Positions 48,771 through 58,270 of a stretch of 60,477 nt of DNA are shown one piece after another (the first letter of the stretch is position 1; every line of letters starts with the position of its first letter). A program made the translations under genes and the position numbers. The stretch is from Lentisphaerae bacterium RIFOXYA12_FULL_48_11. Its GTDB lineage: Bacteria; Verrucomicrobiota; Kiritimatiellia; UBA8416; YA12-FULL-48-11. The DNA is taken from contig MHBM01000050.1 in NCBI GenBank assembly GCA_001804885.1, positions 1 through 60,477 of the forward strand, read 5' to 3'. The notes beneath the pieces were generated by a model that had not been told where the DNA came from, did no database searches, and saw only the letters and a list, made by a program, of their open reading frames with translations.

Positions 48771-48954
48771 CAAATCCGTGGCATTTTGGTGGCATATTTT
48801 GTCTTTGAAACGCTGAAAACGGTTTAAAAGTTACAAGTGTGACAATTGTTACAGTTGTTACAGAAATGCTTGAAATTCTTAGAAAACCTGCGATTGTATC
48901 GGCGTTTTAGAAGCATGGGGCAGCATGTCACGCCGGAGGCTCTGCGAAGGCGGA
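48771..48954 (+). repeat. att-arm-like direct repeat, copy D (full)
   Basis: Contains 11-bp-period GTGGCATTTTG / GTGGCATATTT, GTTACA repeats, and the blocks shared with copies A, B and C. Confidence 0.9.
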
Positions 48955-49040
48955 TAGCTTCCGCCGTCGCTTTAAAAGCTATGGCGGGACAAGTCTTGCT
49001 TCGCTCGTAAGCAACACAGGACAGGCAAGTTGGTGGAAAC

Positions 49041-49116
49041 GGGGCAGTAGCTCAGTTGGTAGAGCATCACGTTCGCAACGTGGGGGTCGTGAGTTCGAAT
49101 CTCATCTGCTCCACCA
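49041..49116 (+). tRNA. tRNA-Ala(CGC)
   Basis: Cloverleaf GGGGCAG / CTGCTCC with the G3:U70 Ala identity pair, anticodon arm TCACG-TTCGCAA-CGTGG, TTCGAAT T-loop and encoded CCA. Confidence 0.97.
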
Positions 49117-49284
49117 CTTCGCCATCATCGATTACGTCGGCTCTTGGCTACGGGTGGCAGGCCATGTTTTAGCTCGTAGTAACTTCTGCATCGGAGTACA
49201 TAGCCATATTCAAAAACATCTCCAAATATATCCATAGACGACGTTTGACAGGATCATGTGATTTGGATATATATGGATATTGTT

Positions 49285-50325
49285 ATGGATACTCCTAATA
49301 TAACGATTGATCCGGAAACGCTGAAACTCATTGCAGGAATAGATGAGTTCAAGGGCGCCTGGCGGGCATTTCAGAACCTGGCCCCCGACAGGCTTAACGT
49401 CCTTCGGAAAGTTGCAACCATCGAATCTGTCGGATCGTCCACCCGCATTGAAGGGGTGAAACTGACCGATGGCGAGATCGAGCGCCTTTTGTCCGGCGTG
49501 GGATTGAAGAAGTTCCGGTCGCGTGATGAACAGGAGGTTGCCGGGTATGCCGAGGCCATGAACGTGGTATTCGAGTCGTTTGGCGAAATTCCAGTCACGG
49601 AAAACCATATCAAGCAGCTCCACCAGATCCTGCTAAAGCGCTCCTCCAAAGACAACCGGCACCGCGGGGAATACAAAAAGCTCTCAAACAACGTGGAGGC
49701 CTTCGACGCCGGAGGCAAGAGCGTGGGCATCATATTCGAGACGGCCACGCCTTTTGATACGCCCCGAAAGATGCAGGAGCTGGTTGAGTGGTTCAACAGG
49801 GAAACTCCGGAAAGCCGTCACCATGTCCTGATCCTGATAGCAGTTTTCGTTGTTCACTTTCTTGCCATCCACCCGTTTCAGGACGGCAATGGCCGGCTGT
49901 CCAGAATACTTACGACGCTCCTGCTTTTGAAAGCCGGATACCTCTACGTTCCCTATGCCTCTCTGGAACGCATCATCGAGGAGAACAAGGACAAGTACTA
50001 TCTGTCTCTCAGGAAGGCGCAGGGCTCCCTCTACACCAACAACCGCCAGATGGGTGTCTGGATCAAGTTCTTCCTGAAATCCTTGAAGAGGCAATCCGAG
50101 GTGCTGGAACACAAGCTTCAGGGCGAGAAAGACATGCTGTCGCTGCCCAGGCTGTCTCAAGCTATTCTTGTGGCCGCCAGGGAACATGGTCGAGTCACGG
50201 TTAGCGACATTCAGCGACTCACCAAAACCAACCGGAACACCATAAAGGCTCACCTGAAGAGATTGGTTCAGAACCGACAATTGAACAAGGAAGGCAAGGG
50301 CAAGGGAACCTGGTATCGGTTGTAG
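49285..50325 (+). CDS. Fic/DOC family protein with C-terminal wHTH
   Basis: Canonical HPFQDGNGRLSR, SSTRIEG; promoter TTGACA-17-TATATA at 49245-49273. Confidence 0.95.
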   Translation: MDTPNITIDPETLKLIAGIDEFKGAWRAFQNLAPDRLNVLRKVATIESVGSSTRIEGVKLTDGEIERLLSGVGLKKFRSRDEQEVAGYAEAMNVVFESFGEIPVTENHIKQLHQILLKRSSKDNRHRGEYKKLSNNVEAFDAGGKSVGIIFETATPFDTPRKMQELVEWFNRETPESRHHVLILIAVFVVHFLAIHPFQDGNGRLSRILTTLLLLKAGYLYVPYASLERIIEENKDKYYLSLRKAQGSLYTNNRQMGVWIKFFLKSLKRQSEVLEHKLQGEKDMLSLPRLSQAILVAAREHGRVTVSDIQRLTKTNRNTIKAHLKRLVQNRQLNKEGKGKGTWYRL

Positions 50326-50418
50326 AAGAATTATGTCCACGCATTATCTCACCATCCTGAAAACTTTCTAGTCGCGACAGAAAGTTGCCTGCCCCGTCCG
50401 CCCATCCCTCGCACTTTC

Positions 50419-50440
50419 CCGTGGTAAGTCCGTGGTAACT
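50419..50440 (+). promoter_or_regulatory. putative integrase arm-type sites
   Basis: CCGTGGTAAGT-CCGTGGTAACT 11-bp tandem, 118 nt before the att core and separated from it by AT-rich DNA. Confidence 0.55.
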
Positions 50441-50557
50441 ACTTTACTTTACCTTGAGGAAATTGAGGTTTTTGAGTTTTTTACCAACTTGCACAAACCC
50501 CTGATAATGCAATAACATACGGTAATTATTGGGTTTTCTGAAAAAGCTTTGGAAGAA

Positions 50558-50602
50558 TTCGCAACGTGGGGGTCGTGAGTTCGAATCTCATCTGCTCCAC
50601 CA
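50558..50602 (+). repeat. attR: duplicated 3' half of tRNA-Ala
   Basis: Identical to 49072-49116; no 5' half upstream. Confidence 0.95.
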
Positions 50603-50635
50603 GCCTTCGCTCGCAGCGCAGTGGAGAGTGAAGGC
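50603..50635. terminator. hairpin after attR
   Basis: GCCTTCGCTC...GAGAGTGAAGGC stem; lacks a U tract, so it may be REP-like rather than a terminator. Confidence 0.35.
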
Positions 50636-50713
50636 TGTCACGCCGTAGTCATTCGAATGAAGTAAAGAATGCGGAGGTGGACCGTTTATTCTGCTGCGAG
50701 ACTACGGCTTGGT

Positions 50714-50890
50714 ATGCCAGCAGGCACATATCATTACGTTTATATTCTAACCAGTTCTGTAGATACCAGCCGTCATTATGTCGGACGTCCAGGAACGTTT
50801 AAGAAAGCACAACGAAGGCGGTTGTCCTCACACATCGCAATTCAAACCCTGGACTCTGGAAACTCGTCTTGCTTTCCGTAACAAAGACCT
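50714..50890 (+). pseudogene. frameshifted GIY-YIG (YhbQ-like) nuclease
   Basis: HYVYILTSSVDTSRHYVG in one frame continues as DVQERLRKHNEG...TSQFKPW in another frame; the 3' end is replaced by a REP-like repeat at 50901-50934. Confidence 0.8.
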
Positions 50891-51048
50891 CCCTTCGGAC
50901 TTCCGGCGTCGCCAAAGAGGCTATGACGAACAAGACGTGTGGCATGGTCATGGTTCATTCCGGGCACATGGTTTACACTTTGCAAACAAGGTTCAACACC
51001 AAACAACCGCTGGAAGTCTGAGAATGTTGTGCTATAATTGATCGTCGT

Positions 51049-52278
51049 ATGCATTTTTTTGATAAAATCGCCAGAAGCTGTACGGGACTGCTCGCCCTTA
51101 TTATGGCCTGTTTTCTCCTGAGTTCATGCACTCTACCTGTCGGCTACAGGGGTATGATCGAGCAGAACCTGATTCAGGATAGCAATTCCCGGAGTACCCT
51201 AAGGGACAATTACGAGCACAAGTTCCTGGTGGTTGTGGGGATCGACAATTACGAGTACGCTGATCGGCTGCGCCATGCTGTGCGTGATGCCGCATCCATG
51301 GCCACCATGTTCAAAGCGTCGGGATTTGAAATAGCAGAGCTCTACGACGCTCAGGCGACAAGACGGAATATCATGTCTTTGATAGAGTCAATTCTACAGA
51401 AAGCCGGCCCTGATGATCTTGTTGTTGTCTTTTTCGCAGGACACGGTACAGACCTTAAAGATCCTGACGAGAGCATAAAGGGATACCTCGTTCCAGTTGA
51501 AGGCAGGATAAAGGATTCAAAAAGCCTCATCCCCATGAACTGGCTGCAGGTTGATCTGCTCGCAGGCAACAATACCCGGGCCAAACATCTCCTGTTCATG
51601 CTTGATGCATGCAGTTCCGGAATTGTTGCGGCAAGGGCCACCGTTAACGTTGACAGCAGTGTAAGAAACTATATATCCGAACTGATGAAACGCGAGGCCA
51701 GGCAGGTCATCACCGCCGGAACCGGAAACCAGCAGGTACTTGACGGTGGCTACAAGGGCCACAGCATATTTGCCGGCCTGGTCCTGCAGGGCCTTGAAGA
51801 CTGTGCCGCTGATCTCAATGGCGATTATCACATCACGGCAACGGAACTTGGTTTATTCCTTTCGCAGAAAGTCTACGTACAGTCAAAGGGCGCGCAGAAA
51901 CCTGACTTTGCCAAATTGCTCGGAACGAAGGGTGGCGAGGTAATTCTTAAATTCCCGAACGACCGCGAGAAACAGATTCTTGAAGAAAGAAAAAAGAATA
52001 CTGAGGCGGCAACCGCAGACCTGGCCGTAAGCGCAAGGCCGGTTGCAGCGGATATAATTGTTTATGACCTGGCCGGGAAACTCATTGCAGAAAAGCGGAA
52101 TATCACCGACCGGGTAACAATCCAGAACCTTCCCGCAGGAGATTACCAGGTAATCGTGAAGTCGCGGGACAGCAGGTATGATTCTGTCATGATGGTGCTT
52201 GGCCTTTACGGACCGGTGGCAAAGGACATCACTCTCCCCCGCCGAATGCTGAACGTTTCTTCTGTTCCCCTGCTTTAG
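51049..52278 (+). CDS. caspase-like (peptidase C14) lipoprotein
   Basis: Lipobox LSSC; VVGIDNY, FFAGHG (His), LDACSSG (Cys), GHSIF. Confidence 0.9.
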   Translation: MHFFDKIARSCTGLLALIMACFLLSSCTLPVGYRGMIEQNLIQDSNSRSTLRDNYEHKFLVVVGIDNYEYADRLRHAVRDAASMATMFKASGFEIAELYDAQATRRNIMSLIESILQKAGPDDLVVVFFAGHGTDLKDPDESIKGYLVPVEGRIKDSKSLIPMNWLQVDLLAGNNTRAKHLLFMLDACSSGIVAARATVNVDSSVRNYISELMKREARQVITAGTGNQQVLDGGYKGHSIFAGLVLQGLEDCAADLNGDYHITATELGLFLSQKVYVQSKGAQKPDFAKLLGTKGGEVILKFPNDREKQILEERKKNTEAATADLAVSARPVAADIIVYDLAGKLIAEKRNITDRVTIQNLPAGDYQVIVKSRDSRYDSVMMVLGLYGPVAKDITLPRRMLNVSSVPLL

Positions 52279-53294
52279 AAAAGAACATCCAGCGCGACAA
52301 ACATGCTCTGGTGCCCATCATAGAAAGTGCTTTTGTATATGAAAGGGGAGAATCCGTCTGTGGAATTCAGGGCATGGCCCCTGTAACCCAGCCTTAGTGA
52401 ACTATGCAAGGTCAATGGATGCTGCAGGCCAAGAGAACCGTTGAAGGCATAAGCCATGCATGTATCTTTCCTGTATGTTGCATCAATAGCCCCATCATCC
52501 CAGGCTGTATCCTTTTTGTCCACGGCCATTCCGTGGACCATTCCGATGGAAATTGTGCCGGATACAAAGCCATAAAGCGGATAATCAGGGAAGAAACGTC
52601 CTGACAGGAAAAGTCCGAAATTAAACATTTCCCACTCATTGATTCCCTCGAATCTCTCTTCATCCTGGAGCGCTCCATTTGCCTGGGACATTTCAAGAGT
52701 CTTGTCGGACCGCAGATACTTCGCACCCCAGAGGTAACCAAATCCCAGCCGTTCATTCCTTATCGTCATACGCGTCCATGCAACATCAATATCAATACGC
52801 TCATTTGTTTTTTTGTTTACACTGGATATGTCAGGCGGTGAATAACTCTCGCTTTTGGCATCGTATTCGCCCTGGTAAACAGTGATGCCGTAACGATCCT
52901 TGTCCTTGCCTGCAGAAAAGGCAAGCCCGGTCATCAATCCGCCGGTATCGAAGCCGCCCACGCCTTTGAAAACGGCATCACCGGAATCGAAAACGTCAAA
53001 CAACATAAGGCTGGCTGAATAATTCCACACATGTGATTCGAGCAGAATACCGGACTTGTCCGTGCCTGTTGAATCAGTGTGAACCGTTTCCAGATCCTTG
53101 ATCTTGCGCCTCAGTTCAAGCAGTTCCACGGTTTGGAGTTCTGTTGTTTTTCGTAATTGGCTGTTTTCTTTTTCCAGTTCCCTGTTGCGTTGACGTAAAG
53201 TTTCCGTCTCCTGGGCATGGATGGGAAGAGGCATGAAGGCTCTAAAAGAAACAGACAGAACCAAAACAGTTATTATTAACCGTTCCCGGAACAT
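52275..53294 (-). CDS. putative outer-membrane beta-barrel protein with N-terminal coiled coil (paralog 1)
   Basis: Signal peptide, heptad segment LRQRNRELEKEN..., alternating aromatic/Gly strands, terminal Phe (ALDVLF). Confidence 0.65.
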   Translation of the reverse strand: MFRERLIITVLVLSVSFRAFMPLPIHAQETETLRQRNRELEKENSQLRKTTELQTVELLELRRKIKDLETVHTDSTGTDKSGILLESHVWNYSASLMLFDVFDSGDAVFKGVGGFDTGGLMTGLAFSAGKDKDRYGITVYQGEYDAKSESYSPPDISSVNKKTNERIDIDVAWTRMTIRNERLGFGYLWGAKYLRSDKTLEMSQANGALQDEERFEGINEWEMFNFGLFLSGRFFPDYPLYGFVSGTISIGMVHGMAVDKKDTAWDDGAIDATYRKDTCMAYAFNGSLGLQHPLTLHSSLRLGYRGHALNSTDGFSPFIYKSTFYDGHQSMFVALDVLF

Positions 53295-53372
53295 GAAGAC
53301 CTCCCTTTGACTGAAATGATAGGGAATTGGACATTCCAGGGCAAGACAAGAAAATCCGGCATTGATTAAATT

Positions 53373-54392
53373 CTAGAATAGAAAGTCCAGTGCCACGAAA
53401 ATGCTTTTCTGTCCATCGTAAAAGGTACCTGTATTCACATACGGAGAGAAACCATCTATCGAATTAAGCGCATGCCCCCTGTAGCCTATCCTGACAGAAC
53501 TGAATGAAGTTAGAGGATGCTGCAGGCCGAACGAACCGTTCAGAGCCCAGGCCATGTGTGAATCCGTCCTGTATGTCGAGTCAATTATACCATCATCCCA
53601 GGCACTGTCCGGTTTATCAACAGCCACGCCGTGAACCATTCCAAGCGATACTGTGCCGGAGATAAAAGCATAAAGGGGATAATCCGAAAAAGGTTTCCCG
53701 GAAATGAAAAGCCCGAAATCGACCATTTCCCACTCGTTTATGCCCTGGACCTTTTTCTCGTCATGAATGGTTCCTCTTGTCTGTGAACTTTCAAGCGTCT
53801 TATCGGACCGCAGATACTTTGCTCCCCAAAGGTAGCCAAATCCAAACCGCTCGCTCCTTACCGTCATGCGCGTCCATGCGACATCTATGTCGATACGATT
53901 GTTTGTCTTCTTGTTGATATTGGATATGTCAGGAGGGACACCGCCATTGTTTTTAACATCATATTCACCCTGGTAAACTGTGATGCCGTAACGGTCCTTG
54001 CCTCTGCCCATTGAAAAGGCACAGCCGTACATCAGTCCACCAGTATCAAGCCCGCCGACATCCTTAAACACGGCGTCACTGGAGTCGAAAACATCAAACA
54101 ACATCAAAGTGGCAGAATAACTCCACACGTGCGATTCCAGCATTATGCGTGATGGATCCTCACCCGCCGAACCCGGATGGACCGCTTCCATATCCTTTAT
54201 CTTTCGCCTCAGCTCAAGCAGTTCATTGGACTGGAGTTCCGTTGCTGTTCTCAGACGCGTATTTTCATCTTCCAGTTCCTTGATGCGTTTATGAAGCGAT
54301 TCACTGTCCTGAGCGATTACATGAAACTGGAAACAGGAAAGCAGAAATAGTGTAAAAACCAGGAAGGTTGTACCCTGCCATTTTCGGGACAT
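53373..54392 (-). CDS. putative outer-membrane beta-barrel protein (paralog 2)
   Basis: Same length (339 aa) and collinear with paralog 1; ends ALDFLF. Confidence 0.65.
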   Translation of the reverse strand: MSRKWQGTTFLVFTLFLLSCFQFHVIAQDSESLHKRIKELEDENTRLRTATELQSNELLELRRKIKDMEAVHPGSAGEDPSRIMLESHVWSYSATLMLFDVFDSSDAVFKDVGGLDTGGLMYGCAFSMGRGKDRYGITVYQGEYDVKNNGGVPPDISNINKKTNNRIDIDVAWTRMTVRSERFGFGYLWGAKYLRSDKTLESSQTRGTIHDEKKVQGINEWEMVDFGLFISGKPFSDYPLYAFISGTVSLGMVHGVAVDKPDSAWDDGIIDSTYRTDSHMAWALNGSFGLQHPLTSFSSVRIGYRGHALNSIDGFSPYVNTGTFYDGQKSIFVALDFLF

Positions 54393-54535
54393 TTGTTCTC
54401 TCCTTGTTTCAAGATGCTAGACAAAAAAAAACCGAAGGGCAAGTAATGTTGATAACAAGAGAGTTTTCCTATATACAATTGTGTCTGGAATACTCCGGCG
54501 GAAAATGTTTTACTGTGTCTGTTCCGGGAGGTTAC

Positions 54536-55198
54536 GTGAGAAGCTTAAGGATATTGTTATTATCGGCATTTGCAGGATCATTCCTGGTATTGGCATATGC
54601 CCCGGCAGCCAGCAAGCCTTTCGCCGCCGACAATCTGTTACAGTTCAAATGGGCTTTTATTCACCGCGACCAGGATGGAAAAACAAAGACGGTGGATTTC
54701 AAGGACAAGGTTGTAATGCGCAAAGGTGATGGACTGCGGGTATATCTCGAACCTTTGTCAGGCGTGTACCTCTACCTGTACATGTTCGATTCGCAGAAGC
54801 AGCTGCGCTGTATCTTCCCGTCATCTCCCGATTTCTATGAAAAGAAAATTGAGGTCGGGCATTCTTATCTTCTTCCATCCGATGAAAAATGGTTCATCAT
54901 GGATGAACAGGCTGGCACAGAGAATTTCTTCCTGCTGGCTTCGTCAACCCGGCTTGTTGATATAGAAAACCTTACGAAGAAAATGATCGCCGTGCCCGGT
55001 GATGCCGAGATAAAGGCCAGGTTACTGGATGAAATCAAGACAGTCCGAAGGTCAAAAGGTGATTTCAGTACTCCTGTTGAGAAAGGTGTGCCGATTGCCG
55101 GGACTGTTATTGCCGTAACACGAGGACCTTCATCCGAAGCCACCATGATCGAAGCATCCGTTTTTTATTCAAAAACTTTGCGGATAATTCATGAGTAA
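54536..55198 (+). CDS. DUF4384-domain secreted protein
   Basis: GGGAGG RBS before the GTG; signal peptide; GDGLRVYL, YLYLYMFDSQ, IFP, GTENFFLLAS. Confidence 0.7.
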   Translation: MRSLRILLLSAFAGSFLVLAYAPAASKPFAADNLLQFKWAFIHRDQDGKTKTVDFKDKVVMRKGDGLRVYLEPLSGVYLYLYMFDSQKQLRCIFPSSPDFYEKKIEVGHSYLLPSDEKWFIMDEQAGTENFFLLASSTRLVDIENLTKKMIAVPGDAEIKARLLDEIKTVRRSKGDFSTPVEKGVPIAGTVIAVTRGPSSEATMIEASVFYSKTLRIIHE

Positions 55199-57077
55199 TG
55201 GATGGAAACATTGTCCGTGCTTTCTCGTTCCCGGCTGTTTTATTTTTGCCTGGCTTCTCTTTCTTATCCTGCCCGGCTTGTTCGGTACGTGGCACTTGCG
55301 GGCCAGTGACCATCTCTTCAAACTTCGCCATATGTTTCGCGGGAACCTGCACGTGAGTCCGGCAATTGTACATCTGGATGTGGACAATGCCAGCATCCGG
55401 ACTTTGGGTGCTTCCGTGGAGACCGGCAGCCGCTACGAGAAGATTATCCGCATTCTGTCTGATGCCGGTGTCAAGGCGATTGCCTTTGATTATGTTTTCC
55501 TGACTGCGACCGAAGGCATGGTTTCTGCCACGAAGAACAGCGGCCGCGTTTATTACCCCGTTGCCATAGGTCCTGATTATTCCCCTTTTCCCGATAATCT
55601 GCTGTGGCATCCAGTGATTCCAGAAAATATCGGCATGGACAGGCAGGGTGTTGCATTTGCAACCTGTAATGAGCTGACATCTGTTGCCCGTGGTGTGGGT
55701 CACATCACCTGTTACCCCGACGAAGATGGTGTTTACAGGAAATTTGCCCTCCTGATCCCTTTGAAAAATGGCTTTGTCCCATCGCTTTCCCTGAGGGTTG
55801 TTTGTGATTATCTCAAGGTCACGCCTGACCGTATTGCTGTTGAACCCGGTCGTTCGATAACCCTGTGCGGCGCCGAGTTTCCTGACGGCAGGAAAAAAGA
55901 CATCAAGATCCCGGTGGATGAACAATGCCGGACGATCATAAATTTCGCCGGATATGAATCCGCTTCTTTCGCCCATTTCTCCCTCGGAAAGATAATGGGT
56001 ATCGCGGACGATCAAAGCAGATTCGAATTGCTGAGAGACGATATCGAGGACGGCATTGTGATCGTGGCCGATATTTCAACTGCGAAAGACGTCTGCCCGG
56101 TTCCGATGGAGCGGGTATTCCACCGGCCGGGCCTTCATTCAAACGTTATTAATTCCATACTTAACAGCGAGTTTGTCAGGGAGATATCCGTACCTGTCGC
56201 CCTGCTGTTCGATTTCGCCGTGATTGCAATTCTAATGTTTATTGCGGGTAGGATCAGATCGGGCATCAGGTTTGTTGTTGCAACACTCGTATTCTTTGCG
56301 GTGTTTCTCTGCATGTATCTGGCACTTTTCCTGTATGGTGATGTTATAATGAACGGTACGCGAACGTCCTTTGGAATAGTACTTTCTCTCATAGCCATCA
56401 CAATCCACAAGTATGTGCAGGAGGAAAAACAGCGTACTTTCCTGCGTGCAAGATTTGAGAGCTATTTTGCCCCTGAACTCATGGACAAGATCCTGGCTTC
56501 AGGGGGAATACTCGATACCCGCGAGAAAAAGAAAATAACCATCCTTTTCAGCGATATTGCCGGATTCACAAAATGGAGCTCCACAAGGTCACCGGAAGAG
56601 ATACACCGGACCTTGAACGAATATTTCGCAGCCATGACGGCCATTGTGTTCAAGAACGAGGGAACCGTTGACAAATACATAGGCGATGGCCTGATGGTGT
56701 TTTTCGGTGATCCGGTTGAACATCCGGACCATGCCCTGCGGGCCGTGCGGGCGGCAGTTGAAATGCAGCAGAAGGCACGGGAACTTAAGACAAAATGGGC
56801 TTCCGCAGGTGGCATGGAACTCAAGATCCGTATCGGAATCAATACCGGAGATGCAGTGGTAGGCAACATGGGTTCCGAGAAAAGAGTGGATTACACGGCT
56901 ATCGGCGCAAATGTCAACCTTGCCCAGCGCCTTGAATCAAATGCCCCGGTGGAGGGGATACTGATATCGCGGTCGGTATACGATCAGGTCAGGGATTCAG
57001 TCAAAACAAAACCCGCCAGCATGATCAAGGCCAAGGGTTTCGACAACGAAGTCGAGACATTTGAAGTAATTATCTAG
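55191..57077 (+). CDS. CHASE2-domain adenylate/guanylate cyclase (class III)
   Basis: IVHLDVD, IAFDYVF, DEDGVYR; three TM segments; LFSDIAGFT, DKYIGDG, RIGINTG, YTAIGANVNLAQRLE. Confidence 0.95.
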   Translation: MSNGWKHCPCFLVPGCFIFAWLLFLILPGLFGTWHLRASDHLFKLRHMFRGNLHVSPAIVHLDVDNASIRTLGASVETGSRYEKIIRILSDAGVKAIAFDYVFLTATEGMVSATKNSGRVYYPVAIGPDYSPFPDNLLWHPVIPENIGMDRQGVAFATCNELTSVARGVGHITCYPDEDGVYRKFALLIPLKNGFVPSLSLRVVCDYLKVTPDRIAVEPGRSITLCGAEFPDGRKKDIKIPVDEQCRTIINFAGYESASFAHFSLGKIMGIADDQSRFELLRDDIEDGIVIVADISTAKDVCPVPMERVFHRPGLHSNVINSILNSEFVREISVPVALLFDFAVIAILMFIAGRIRSGIRFVVATLVFFAVFLCMYLALFLYGDVIMNGTRTSFGIVLSLIAITIHKYVQEEKQRTFLRARFESYFAPELMDKILASGGILDTREKKKITILFSDIAGFTKWSSTRSPEEIHRTLNEYFAAMTAIVFKNEGTVDKYIGDGLMVFFGDPVEHPDHALRAVRAAVEMQQKARELKTKWASAGGMELKIRIGINTGDAVVGNMGSEKRVDYTAIGANVNLAQRLESNAPVEGILISRSVYDQVRDSVKTKPASMIKAKGFDNEVETFEVII

Positions 57078-57242
57078 TAAAAAGATTGCCGAAGACATGC
57101 TGTTCAATTTGGAATTCTTTCCGGTTTGGACGTTGCATATGCAACCGTCAATTTGGTATTTTTAATTCCAGTTGAGCAAAGGGAACGGCTCGATTTCACG
57201 GCCTGGATCTCAGGCAAACACAGCCAGCAAAGGAGTCACATC

Positions 57243-58262
57243 ATGGAGTCTTCTGATCAACAGGATTTAACACGTGCACAAACTCTCGTCTCTACCTACC
57301 AGAAAGTTGTTTCGGAACTCGGTAAGCTGATCGTTGGCCAGACTGAAGTTATCGAACAGCTGATGATCGCCATTCTTGCCAGCGGCCACTGCCTGCTTGA
57401 GGGTGTGCCCGGCCTTGCCAAGACTCTCATGGTCCGCGGCCTTTCGCAGGTCATGGACCTTTCTTTCCGCCGTATCCAATTCACGCCCGACCTGATGCCG
57501 GCCGACATAACCGGAACAGAAGTCATACAGGAGGATTCGACAACGGGCCAGCGGACACTATCCTTCCTGCAGGGTCCGATCTTTGCGCAGATGATACTTG
57601 CGGATGAAATCAACCGTACACCTCCGAAAACCCAGTCTGCTCTGCTGGAGGCGATGCAGGAGCACTCCGTAACCATTGGTGGCAACACCTATCCGCTAGC
57701 CGAGCCTTTCTTTGTGCTTGCCACGCAGAACCCTATTGAACAGGAAGGTACATATCCCCTGCCCGAGGCCCAGCGCGACAGGTTCCTTTTTCACGTAAAG
57801 GTTGTTTATCCACTGCGTGAACAGGAACGCGAAATCGTATCCCGCACAACAAGTGCGTTCGAAGCCAACATGGGTGCGGTTATCACAGGTCCGGATATTA
57901 TTGCCTGCCAGGAGCTGGTTCGCAAGGTACCGGTTCCGGATCACGTGATGGACTTCGTTCTTGATCTGGTACGTTGTACTCGGCCAAAAGAACCCGAGGC
58001 GGTATCCTTTGTCAAAGAACTGATCGAGTGGGGAGCCGGTCCGCGCGCCAGTCAGTACCTGATCCTGGCAGGAAAAGTCAGAGCCGTTCTGCAGGGGCGT
58101 TTCCATGTCACAGTTGACGACATTGAGGCTCTGGCGCACCCTGTCCTGCGGCACCGCATAGTACCGACTTTTAATGCCGAGGCTGAAGGTATCAATGTGG
58201 ATGACATCATTGACCGTGTTCTCAAGGCCGTACCGCGTAAAATTCCCGAGAATATCCTGTAG
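57243..58262 (+). CDS. moxR: MoxR-family AAA+ ATPase
   Basis: [51 protein letters not shown]. Confidence 0.95.
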   Translation: MESSDQQDLTRAQTLVSTYQKVVSELGKLIVGQTEVIEQLMIAILASGHCLLEGVPGLAKTLMVRGLSQVMDLSFRRIQFTPDLMPADITGTEVIQEDSTTGQRTLSFLQGPIFAQMILADEINRTPPKTQSALLEAMQEHSVTIGGNTYPLAEPFFVLATQNPIEQEGTYPLPEAQRDRFLFHVKVVYPLREQEREIVSRTTSAFEANMGAVITGPDIIACQELVRKVPVPDHVMDFVLDLVRCTRPKEPEAVSFVKELIEWGAGPRASQYLILAGKVRAVLQGRFHVTVDDIEALAHPVLRHRIVPTFNAEAEGINVDDIIDRVLKAVPRKIPENIL

Positions 58263-58270
58263 GAACAGAA

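Larger units (their letters stand above)
49072..50602. mobile_element. integrase-less mini-island at tRNA-Ala carrying a single Fic gene
   Basis: Perfect 45-bp direct repeat 49072-49116 / 50558-50602, starting exactly at the anticodon loop. Confidence 0.85.

Noticed and set aside
48926-48940. TGTCACGCCGGAGG resembling a tRNA-Asp anticodon arm
   Set aside because: No T arm or acceptor stem follows; the same motif recurs as part of the REP-like family (45692, 50636).
44144-48954. CRISPR array or integron attC array
   Set aside because: Repeats are 37-184 bp with kilobase spacing. CTAAC...GTTAG at 47303-47322 is far too short for attC, and no intI is present.
49684-50340. 218-aa minus-strand ORF as a Fic antitoxin
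   Set aside because: It lies antisense to Fic and has no (S/T)xxxE(G/N) antitoxin context of its own; treated as a shadow.
50558-50602. Second tRNA-Ala gene
   Set aside because: Only the 3' 45 nt are present, with no acceptor 5' strand or D arm; it is an att duplication.
54368-54535. Longer N-terminus for the DUF4384 ORF given in the track
   Set aside because: It overlaps the divergent barrel gene start; GTG 54536 has an RBS and gives a proper signal peptide.
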